In this document: piece after piece, positions 47,612-55,862 of the stretch
Position numbering within the stretch: position 1 is the stretch's first letter
Layout: the number at the start of each line of letters is the position of its first letter
From: a virus
Length of the DNA stretch: 64,000 nucleotides
IMG/VR virus record: IMGVR_UViG_3300020477_001447
Span: 1 to 64,000 of that record
Direction: 5' to 3' (one strand)
Program-made: the position numbers and the translations under genes
Notes under the pieces: model-generated
The model's input: the letters and a program-made list of their open reading frames with translations, nothing else
Databases searched by the model: none
Told to the model about the DNA's origin: nothing

Positions 47612-48174
47612 TGAGAATAGTCGCTTTTATTCCAGCTAAAGGCAACTCGCGTAGGCTAAAGGGTAAAAACATATACCCTTTGAAGGAAAAACCTCTTATA
47701 TGTTGGACTTTGGACGCAATAAAACAGTCAAAGTATCTAAATGAGACTTATATTTCAACAAATAGTGAGGAAATTGCTAATATTTCTTTACTTTATGGGT
47801 TTAATGTTATTCATCGACCGGATAGCCTAGCCTTAGAAAGTGTTGGAAAACAACAGGTTTTAGAACATGCATTGTCGGAAATAGAGAAGTCTGGAAAAGT
47901 AGACTATATTTGCATGTTACAGGCCAACTCTCCACAGATTGAAGCTTGTAAAATAGACGAAGCTATTGAAAAAGTAGCACATTCAAACGGAGAAGTTTGG
48001 GAATGCTTGTCAATTAACAAGGAAACTTTGTTCACTGATGGCGCTATAAGAGTTTTTAATACAGATTGTGTATCCCGCCTAGGGTTGGGAATGTACATAA
48101 GTGCAGTTCTTACAGATTATATTGATGTACACACAATCGAAGATATTAACACCCTAGAAAAGATGGATTTCTAA
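47611..48174 (+). CDS. second acylneuraminate cytidylyltransferase-family protein
   Basis: IPAKGNSRRLKGKN, LQANSP, IDVHT.ED. Confidence 0.82.
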   Translation: MRIVAFIPAKGNSRRLKGKNIYPLKEKPLICWTLDAIKQSKYLNETYISTNSEEIANISLLYGFNVIHRPDSLALESVGKQQVLEHALSEIEKSGKVDYICMLQANSPQIEACKIDEAIEKVAHSNGEVWECLSINKETLFTDGAIRVFNTDCVSRLGLGMYISAVLTDYIDVHTIEDINTLEKMDF

Positions 48175-48177
48175 AGA

Positions 48178-48837
48178 ATGTATAAAGTAACAGTTGGCAT
48201 ATGTTGCTATCGACAAGATGATTGGGTGTATCGATGCCTTCGAAGTTTAGCATCCCAGACCTTGAGCAAAGACCATTTTGAGGTTGTTCTAGTCGATGAC
48301 AACGAAGTGCCGAGTCAAAAATTACAAGATGTTTGTACAGCAATGGGTGATGTACTTAATGTAAGGCTTATACAGAACAAGAAAAATATGGGCTTACCCA
48401 CATCATTAAATAATATTTTAAAGACTGCTCGTGGCAAGTATTTTGTTAGAGTTGATTCAGATGACTATGTTTCTAGACACTTTCTATACATGCTATCAAC
48501 CATGTTGGAAATGAACAGGAGCTATCAAGCGGTTTGCTGTGATTATATGAAAGTAGATCATGTTGGCCAGAAGCTAGGGTATTATGATTCTTTTTCAGAA
48601 CCAATTGCTTGTGGCGTTATGTTTAGTTATGAAGCTTTGTGTTCGTTAAATTTTTACAATGAAGAATACAAAATGCGCGAGGGCCATGAGCTATTGGAGA
48701 GGTTCCAAAAAAAATATTCTATGTATCACTTAAAAGCTCCGCTATATCGGTATAGAATACATGAAGAAAACAGAACAAACAACGTTGATAAAGTAGCTTA
48801 TTACGATTCAAAACTTAAGGGAGAACAAGATGGCTAG
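48178..48837 (+). CDS. glycosyltransferase family 2
   Basis: SL.SQT, VDD, N.GL..SLN, RVDSDD, YRYR.H. Confidence 0.88.
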   Translation: MYKVTVGICCYRQDDWVYRCLRSLASQTLSKDHFEVVLVDDNEVPSQKLQDVCTAMGDVLNVRLIQNKKNMGLPTSLNNILKTARGKYFVRVDSDDYVSRHFLYMLSTMLEMNRSYQAVCCDYMKVDHVGQKLGYYDSFSEPIACGVMFSYEALCSLNFYNEEYKMREGHELLERFQKKYSMYHLKAPLYRYRIHEENRTNNVDKVAYYDSKLKGEQDG

Positions 48838-49705
48838 ATGTTTAGTGACCGGACACCGCGGTTATATTGGTACAAAATTGGTACAAGAGTTAGAGCGCCA
48901 AGGACACGAAGTCTTAGGTATTGATCTACAGGATGGTAAAGATGTAATAGATGAGCTGCAAGAACACACGGATGGAAAGTTTCACCCACATTACACTAAT
49001 TTTAAACCAGAGTATTTGTTTCATTTAGCTTGTATCCCTAGGGTTGCATATAGTGTAGAGCAGCCAGTGGAGACGATGCAAAACAACGTGATGGCAACAA
49101 GTGTTGCTTTAAACTTCGCGCGCAAGAATGGAGTAAAGAGGTTTATTTATTCTAGTTCATCTTCTGTTCGGGGCAACGGGAACGGCCCAGTCAGCCCATA
49201 TGCATTACAGAAATACACATCAGAGCTAGAAGTGGGAATGTATAGTGCTCTTTATGGCACGATGGACACTGTGTCTCTTCGATATTTTAATGTTTATTCT
49301 CACGATCAGGAAGCATCTGGCCCATATGCAACTGCAGTTGCGGCATACATGAAAGCTGTCCGTGATGGTACCACTCCTCATATTACTGGAGACGGAGAGC
49401 AGCGGAGAGATATGTCTCATGTCTTAGATGTTGTTTCTGCGAACATATTTGCTATGAATTTCGATATGAATTTTTGTGGCCAATTTTTTGATGTAGGCAC
49501 CGGAGACAATATCTCCTTGAATCAAATAAAAAATATTGTACAAAAGCATCATCCTCATGTAAAATTTGATTATGTCGAAGAACGCGCTGGAGATGTTCGC
49601 TTAACGAAGGCTGATATGACACCACTAGAAGAGCTAGGGTGGACGCCCGACTGGAACATCTATGACGGTATTGAGGACTGTTTTGAGAGAACAAAAGTAG
49701 GATAA
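48830..49705 (+). CDS. NAD-dependent nucleotide-sugar epimerase/dehydratase
   Basis: TGHRGYIG, YSSSSS, YALQK, LRYFNVY, GDGEQRRD. Confidence 0.9.
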   Translation: MARCLVTGHRGYIGTKLVQELERQGHEVLGIDLQDGKDVIDELQEHTDGKFHPHYTNFKPEYLFHLACIPRVAYSVEQPVETMQNNVMATSVALNFARKNGVKRFIYSSSSSVRGNGNGPVSPYALQKYTSELEVGMYSALYGTMDTVSLRYFNVYSHDQEASGPYATAVAAYMKAVRDGTTPHITGDGEQRRDMSHVLDVVSANIFAMNFDMNFCGQFFDVGTGDNISLNQIKNIVQKHHPHVKFDYVEERAGDVRLTKADMTPLEELGWTPDWNIYDGIEDCFERTKVG

Positions 49706-49706
49706 G

Positions 49707-50570
49707 ATGAAAGAAGAAATTGGTATAATAGGAAACGGATTTGTTGGCTCCGCAATTGCTGCCGGCTTTAGTTTGCATGCAGATGTGAAAGTTTACGATG
49801 TAGATCCAACGAGGTCAACGCACAATATGCGAGACACTATCAATGAATCCAATGTCATCTTTGTTTCTGTTCCAACGCCTATGACGACTGCCTTGGGTGG
49901 CGAGATTGATACATCAATCATGGATGGCGTTTTCGAACAAATCTCTTTGTTAAATAAGCGAAAAGACAATATTTTTGTTGTAAAATCTACAGTTATTCCG
50001 GGTACTGTTGAACGATATATTGATAAGTATCCCGAGTTGAATATTGTGTTCAGCCCAGAGTTTTTAACAGAACGCGCCGCCCGATTTGATTTTATTAACT
50101 CATCCAGGGTTATTTTAGGTGGAACAAAAGAACTAACTGAACGAGTTGAGATGGCAATGAGGACTCGGTTCCCATATGTTAGAATTATCCACACAGATGT
50201 TACAACCGCGCAGTTTATCAAATATATGGCGAACTGCTTTTTTGCTACAAAGGTATCCTTTATGAATGAAATGAGGCAAGGTGCTGACAAATTAAATGTT
50301 AATTGGCAAGATGCCATGCTTGGTTTTATTACAGATGGAAGAATTGGAAACTCCCACATAGATGTCCCAGGCCATGACGGGAGTCTTGGCTTCGGAGGGA
50401 AATGCTTTCCAAAAGACTTGAATGCATTTATTGAAATGTTTCACGAAAATGAAGTGGAGCCAACAGTTATGAAAGCTGTTTGGAACAAGAATTTAGAAGT
50501 TAGAGATGATTTGGACTGGACTAAGATTGAAGGTGCGGTCACTAAAAAAAAGAAAAGGAATTCAAAATGA
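49707..50570 (+). CDS. UDP-glucose/GDP-mannose dehydrogenase family (short form)
   Basis: GNGFVG, VPTP, KSTV.PG, PEFL.E, KY..N, GFGGKCFPKD. Confidence 0.9.
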   Translation: MKEEIGIIGNGFVGSAIAAGFSLHADVKVYDVDPTRSTHNMRDTINESNVIFVSVPTPMTTALGGEIDTSIMDGVFEQISLLNKRKDNIFVVKSTVIPGTVERYIDKYPELNIVFSPEFLTERAARFDFINSSRVILGGTKELTERVEMAMRTRFPYVRIIHTDVTTAQFIKYMANCFFATKVSFMNEMRQGADKLNVNWQDAMLGFITDGRIGNSHIDVPGHDGSLGFGGKCFPKDLNAFIEMFHENEVEPTVMKAVWNKNLEVRDDLDWTKIEGAVTKKKKRNSK

Positions 50571-50791
50571 AATTAAGTAAGCAAGCGTTAGGCGCAATTA
50601 TGATGACTTTACAAAAGTCTTTAATGGAGCAGAGTGACATTGTTCCGATGTTGGAGAATTTTAACTTGGCCACCGATGAGAATGATTCAACCTTGTTGCA
50701 CGTTGTTAATCCTCCTGTTGTTAGTTTTGAGGGCGTTAAGATCGAAGAGACTTTCGATGCCGATGGCGACTCAGAAGACTCTGAGGAGTAA
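50567..50791 (+). CDS. hypothetical protein
   Basis: 74 aa coupled ORF. Confidence 0.6.
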   Translation: MKLSKQALGAIMMTLQKSLMEQSDIVPMLENFNLATDENDSTLLHVVNPPVVSFEGVKIEETFDADGDSEDSEE

Positions 50792-51037
50792 ATGCCGAGA
50801 TACACATATCAGTGTCGCTCCTGTGAGGGTGTATTGAATGTGTATCATTCTATCAAAGAAACTTTGCACGATTGTACTTTGTGTCATATAACTGGTTCTT
50901 TAGGTAGGATGTTGAGTACACCTTTGCTCACAAAAAAAATAGGGTCAACTAAAGTTGGCGAGGTGACAGAGAACTTTATCGAAGATGCGAAAAAGGAATT
51001 ATCTCTGCAAAAGAAAGCTTTAAAAAAGAAAAGATGA
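50792..51037 (+). CDS. FmdB-family zinc ribbon protein
   Basis: MPRYTYQCRSC...CTLC. Confidence 0.75.
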   Translation: MPRYTYQCRSCEGVLNVYHSIKETLHDCTLCHITGSLGRMLSTPLLTKKIGSTKVGEVTENFIEDAKKELSLQKKALKKKR

Positions 51038-51366
51038 CAATTGCTCTAATATTGCTGAGTATATCAGTGTTACTAAATGTTGTTCTTGTTTGGTACTTGC
51101 TCAAGGTGCTAGCTAAACTACTATACACATCTGACAATCTTGGTGATCTATACATAGTGGCGGCTTCTTATTCTAAATTTGTTGAGGAACTCTATGGCAT
51201 GGATATGTTTTATGGGGAACCGACAATACAAGAATTAGTTTTAAGATCTAAGGAGTTAGTTGCCGAAATACAAAACTTTGAATCTATTTATGAGCTTACA
51301 ACAGATCTTGAAGATGGAATGGAACTAGATGACGAAAATAGTGAAGAAAAGACGGAAGAGGACTAA
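51034..51366 (+). CDS. membrane-anchored hypothetical protein
   Basis: N-terminal TM, acidic tail. Confidence 0.6.
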   Translation: MTIALILLSISVLLNVVLVWYLLKVLAKLLYTSDNLGDLYIVAASYSKFVEELYGMDMFYGEPTIQELVLRSKELVAEIQNFESIYELTTDLEDGMELDDENSEEKTEED

Positions 51367-52030
51367 GAATTTATATTTCACCAAAGAGCACGAACTGGCT
51401 ATAATTGAATATACAAACACGAATTCTCGGGAGAAAAGAACAGAGTTATATATAAATTGGATCCAGCCGGCGTTCGATCAAATGGTGGATAAAATCATAT
51501 ATACTTATCGTTTTAGTAATTTACCAAACATTGATTATCTTAAGCAAGATTGCAAAGTTTGGCTAACAACAATATTAGACAAGTACGATCCCTCTAAGGG
51601 TTCGAAAGCTTTCTCTTATTTTTCTGTTGTTACTAAAAACTGGTTTATTCACAAGGTCAAGAAGAATGCTAGCAGAAGCAGGAAAGAAGTTTTCTTAGAC
51701 GACCTGACAAACGATGCTATTATAGAGCAAATAACAGATGACTATTCTTACATTAAGGAAAGACAGTCTAGAGAATTCTGGCTTCATTTTTACCATGAGA
51801 TGAATTCTTGGACTAACGCAAACTTAAAACCCAATGAGAGAAAGGTCTTAGAAGCAATCAGAATTTTATTTGAAAGCTCTGAAGATATAGAGATTTTCAA
51901 TAAAAAAGCTATTTACTTATACTTAAGAGAACTTACCGGCCTAAACACAAAGCAGGTTGTAAACATCTTAAATAAGTTAAGAATTAAATATAGGAATTTT
52001 AGAAACAAATGGGACTCAGGGGAAGTTTAG
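51329..52030 (+). CDS. phage RNA polymerase sigma factor (sigma70 region-2-like, putative late sigma)
   Basis: LKQD....L...LDKYDPSKGSKAFSYF..V.KN; C-terminal HTH-like LRELTGLNTKQV. Confidence 0.7.
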   Translation: MTKIVKKRRKRTKNLYFTKEHELAIIEYTNTNSREKRTELYINWIQPAFDQMVDKIIYTYRFSNLPNIDYLKQDCKVWLTTILDKYDPSKGSKAFSYFSVVTKNWFIHKVKKNASRSRKEVFLDDLTNDAIIEQITDDYSYIKERQSREFWLHFYHEMNSWTNANLKPNERKVLEAIRILFESSEDIEIFNKKAIYLYLRELTGLNTKQVVNILNKLRIKYRNFRNKWDSGEV

Positions 52031-52314
52031 AAGATTATCTAGAAGAGGTTACAAGAAATGTTAGAGACGACAGAGCTTTAGCAAAAACTCTTTTAATTGA
52101 TGCAATGCATGAGATGAAAAACTCTGATGCTGCCAAGAAGGAGTATGGACCCCTTGCTGCTAAATATATTGAAAATCTTCAACGATCAAACGAACAGTTA
52201 GTAAAATTATCGACAATTGTGCAAAGAGTCAGCAACACTAATGCTGGTTTATCTGCAGAAGATAAGTCTGATATATATGACATGATTAAGGATAAGAAAG
52301 ATGAGCGCGATTGA
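52009..52314 (+). CDS. hypothetical helical protein
   Basis: 101 aa; KY.E.LQRSNEQLVKL. Confidence 0.6.
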   Translation: MGLRGSLEDYLEEVTRNVRDDRALAKTLLIDAMHEMKNSDAAKKEYGPLAAKYIENLQRSNEQLVKLSTIVQRVSNTNAGLSAEDKSDIYDMIKDKKDERD

Positions 52315-53536
52315 GGATTTCATCGCGCGATGGCCAAAAACACTAAATTATAATTCAGCATCTACACCTCTAGACACTAGAAGATCAAAGAGTTTAAAAG
52401 CATTAAGTGATGCGATAGAAGATCGGCATACTTTAAATACTAGAGAGGCCGTCGTAGAACACGAAGCACTGGTTTTAAAAGTAAAGCCATATTCTCCCCC
52501 TCCTGGCACAGCCCTAGATCCAGATATGGGCTTTTTTTCAACAACCCCTCCAAACGTTGAGCTAAAATGTGTACTTCTAACAGATCCAGAATCTCAGGTC
52601 AGATCGACCCTCCCAAAAAACATCCCAGCGCCCCCGGGCACTATGGACGATCTTATAATTGAAACATCTTTTCCTTCTTTTGTGGGAAGAGTTTTTCACG
52701 ATCACCCCGTTGAGGTGGGTGACATTGTTATAGTACATAAGACAGAAGCTACCGATGCCGAAGGGGTGTATATTAAAAAACTAGGCGTAAAGTGGCTTCC
52801 GACCGGAGGAGGGGCGTTTACAAGTCCAGAAGAAGTTCATAGAAATTTAACCTCTGGGCCTATAACTATGGGCAGCTATACTGGTGGGTTGAGCAGCTAT
52901 AGCGGCGGAAAAAATACAGCACTAATTTTTGGAGACAGCCAAATACAGGGCGCAATAGGCCGAAATTTTGAGAAGCTATTGCCGAAAAATGGCTGGACTT
53001 TAGTTGGTGGAAATCGACTAGGAAAGGTTGGCGCCAAACCTTCATTTTGGGTAAAAGACGGAAATCAGAGCGCAGATTTAAAACAAAGATTACAGGCCCA
53101 GCCCGGGCTTATCGTAATTAACTTGGGCGGGAATGGCATCGCAGGTACAAAAAGCTTGTTAGATTTAATTAATGAAACAACCCCGGCCTCCAAGGTTATA
53201 TGGCTAGGTCCACCCCCCGCGGTTAAACCAACTAGTGCCCCATCTGATGTACAGTTGGTATATGCCACCCCAGCACCCCCCGGAACTGCAACTAGTGCCT
53301 CAAGATACAAAAGATATTATGTTAATTATAGAGAATACAGGGAAGGGTTAGCAAATAGGCTATTTGATACGGTAGCCAGCCACCCCGGCGCAAATCCAGT
53401 TATTACGATTAACGCAACTGCAGCGTTTGATTCGCTGGGGATGACCTCTTCTCCAGATGGTGTACACGTTGTTGATCCATATGCTAGGCAATATGTGGAA
53501 AAATTGATTGAAATGCACAACATGAAGGTTGTTTAA
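52301..53536 (+). CDS. baseplate hub-like N-domain fused to SGNH/GDSL esterase
   Basis: SGNH blocks FGDSQ / G.VGA / LGGN / DGVH; N-domain paralogous to next gene. Confidence 0.7.
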   Translation: MSAIEDFIARWPKTLNYNSASTPLDTRRSKSLKALSDAIEDRHTLNTREAVVEHEALVLKVKPYSPPPGTALDPDMGFFSTTPPNVELKCVLLTDPESQVRSTLPKNIPAPPGTMDDLIIETSFPSFVGRVFHDHPVEVGDIVIVHKTEATDAEGVYIKKLGVKWLPTGGGAFTSPEEVHRNLTSGPITMGSYTGGLSSYSGGKNTALIFGDSQIQGAIGRNFEKLLPKNGWTLVGGNRLGKVGAKPSFWVKDGNQSADLKQRLQAQPGLIVINLGGNGIAGTKSLLDLINETTPASKVIWLGPPPAVKPTSAPSDVQLVYATPAPPGTATSASRYKRYYVNYREYREGLANRLFDTVASHPGANPVITINATAAFDSLGMTSSPDGVHVVDPYARQYVEKLIEMHNMKVV

Positions 53537-53572
53537 AATTTAAAATGTTTCTAATTATTTACGAGGTATACA

Positions 53573-54874
53573 ATGGCTGAACAAACACCTATAGAACTTT
53601 TTATTGCAAAATATAGAAAAAATATGTCGACAGCTATCGATCAACCCGTTATCGATACTCGACGGCCTAGGACTCTTAAAAAAGCAAAGGACTTAATAGA
53701 ATCTCAATCCACACTAGACATAACGGCAGGAATTCACGAGCACGATGCTTGGGTGATGAGAGTGGATCCCTGGTCCCCGGACCCCGGAACAGCCCTAGAC
53801 CCAAATATGGGTTTCTTTTCAATGCCAGGTACAAACTATACAGTTTATTGCGTAATCCTCTGTTGTCCATTGACAATTGGCCTACCCTTGCCGGGTACTG
53901 ACCAACTGGGAGCACCAAGCAACACTTTAGGTGGTTTTCTGATAGAGCAATTTCCAAGCTTTGATGGCCGAGTGTTTGATGGATCAGAAGGGCTTCCAGA
54001 GGTGGGTGACATTGTTAAAGTAACATACAATGGTGTAAACAAAACAAGAGGTGTGTGTACCGGTCGCACTGGCCTTCGTTGGCTACCAATTGTGGGCGGA
54101 AGCTACACTCCAGCATTGTCTTCTTTTGGTTCTATGGCATTTCAGCCTGGAATGATGGGAAATGTAAGCTGTAATGAATCTGCCGGCACTGGAACAACTA
54201 ATGTACCTAGGTTTTCCTATAGTGAGTTGAAAACAATGAGAGCACCACTTCAACCTCTTTTAGAATATATCGCAGCCCATGAATCTAGAGGAAATTACAA
54301 TGCAGTAAACAGAGGCGTTGGGGGAGACACTCCCGGTGGAGCAAAAGCTGTTGTTGGCAAAAACCTAACAGAAATGACAATTCAAGAGGTCTTGGACTTT
54401 ATGAAAGGTGGCTCTAGAGCAGCCGAAACAGGACCCGGAGGGCAAGGTTCCGTTGGGTTCTTGGCTACAGGAAAGTATCAATTAATCCCTGTCACTCTTA
54501 ACGCTGCAATCAATAGCACTGGTATATCTAAAAGCACACTGTACAATGTAGAAACCCAAGAAACTCTAGGAGTTTATCTGCTATTAAAGAAGAGAAGAAA
54601 GCTTGGAAGCTATTTAATAGGTGCTAATAACGATTCCTGTGAGGCAGCCCAGGCAGCTGCTCTAGAGTGGGCATCTCTTCCTCTCCAGTATGGCAGATCA
54701 AATGGTTGCCAACGTGGGTACAGCGCATATTGCGTTGGGGGAGCAAACGCAACAGGAAGACTGAGTAGATCTCCAGAAGAGGTTATACAAAAATTACAAT
54801 CTGCTCGCAGTGCTGTGACAACTAACCCTGTAGCATTGCAACTTATAACAAGTAAAGGCTCTGTGGTGGTTTAA
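53573..54874 (+). CDS. baseplate hub-like N-domain fused to GH104 (lambda R-like) lytic transglycosylase
   Basis: IAAHES.G.YN, ATGKYQ, Q..L...LL, EWASLP; OB-like PEVGDIVKV. Confidence 0.72.
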   Translation: MAEQTPIELFIAKYRKNMSTAIDQPVIDTRRPRTLKKAKDLIESQSTLDITAGIHEHDAWVMRVDPWSPDPGTALDPNMGFFSMPGTNYTVYCVILCCPLTIGLPLPGTDQLGAPSNTLGGFLIEQFPSFDGRVFDGSEGLPEVGDIVKVTYNGVNKTRGVCTGRTGLRWLPIVGGSYTPALSSFGSMAFQPGMMGNVSCNESAGTGTTNVPRFSYSELKTMRAPLQPLLEYIAAHESRGNYNAVNRGVGGDTPGGAKAVVGKNLTEMTIQEVLDFMKGGSRAAETGPGGQGSVGFLATGKYQLIPVTLNAAINSTGISKSTLYNVETQETLGVYLLLKKRRKLGSYLIGANNDSCEAAQAAALEWASLPLQYGRSNGCQRGYSAYCVGGANATGRLSRSPEEVIQKLQSARSAVTTNPVALQLITSKGSVVV

Positions 54875-54875
54875 A

Positions 54876-55856
54876 ATGGGCGAAGAAAACAAATATACAA
54901 TACCAAAATCTGTTCGCAAGGCCGTCGATCAAGCCGGCCTTCCTAAGCCTGAAAGAGATTTGCTGGAAAATCTAGATAATATGGTTTTAAAGCATATGCA
55001 TTCTGGAATAGGTGGTGGCAGGCAAACAGAAGCTATACCTGAATTTAATTCCTCTCCCTCTGAGCATATAATTTCTGCAAGGGATCTAGGTAGAAATGCC
55101 TCTATTGTTCTTGGATATGATAGGGAATCAACAAAAACAACAGGTTATGGTGGAAGAGGTCACACACATGCCGCCGCCATCGATATAGTTGTCGGTCGAA
55201 TGGGCCCGTATGCAGTAGAAGCAGATAACAATGGTAACAAGGTGAAAGCCAATATTGGATTTAAAGTCGATTCTGCGCGCATATATATAAGTCAAAAAAC
55301 TGATATTGATGAATATTTTGGAATCAACGAAGGTAAGGTCGGAAGTCCAAAAGGTAGATCTGCTATAGCTCTCAAAGCTGACAGTGTTCGTTTAGTCGCT
55401 CGAAAAGGAGTGAAAATAGTCACAGGGGTTGATACAAGAGAGTCAGCTGGTTTTAGGCAGCTAGCCACAGACGGCATTGATTTGATGGCTGGAAACCCAG
55501 AGGATGAAACCGCTTTGCAGCCTCTAGTTAAAGGCGATAACTTACGACAAGCTCTTTCGGATCTTTCAGAGCAGATCGCCAAACTAAGAGGAGTTCTTTA
55601 CGGATTTTTAAAATCACAAAGGGATTTTAATACAGACATACTTAACCACCAACACAATTCTCCATTTATGGGAATACCAACATCTCAGCCTTTTGTTTTA
55701 GCAGCTAAAGGTATCAGAACAATAATAGAACAGGTTGCAACGTCAGAAAAAGATATTAATGCACATGCTGCCACGCTTACAGCATGGGAACAAAATTATT
55801 TAAATCCACTAAAAACAGATACTTATATTAATAGCAACTACAATAGGACAAACTAA
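54876..55856 (+). CDS. putative baseplate central spike (gp5 C-terminal-like)
   Basis: Beta-rich ARIYISQKTD..SAIALKAD.VRLVAR, PLVKGDNL coiled coil, HQH tip motif; position in baseplate module. Confidence 0.55.
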   Translation: MGEENKYTIPKSVRKAVDQAGLPKPERDLLENLDNMVLKHMHSGIGGGRQTEAIPEFNSSPSEHIISARDLGRNASIVLGYDRESTKTTGYGGRGHTHAAAIDIVVGRMGPYAVEADNNGNKVKANIGFKVDSARIYISQKTDIDEYFGINEGKVGSPKGRSAIALKADSVRLVARKGVKIVTGVDTRESAGFRQLATDGIDLMAGNPEDETALQPLVKGDNLRQALSDLSEQIAKLRGVLYGFLKSQRDFNTDILNHQHNSPFMGIPTSQPFVLAAKGIRTIIEQVATSEKDINAHAATLTAWEQNYLNPLKTDTYINSNYNRTN

Positions 55857-55862
55857 TTTAAA

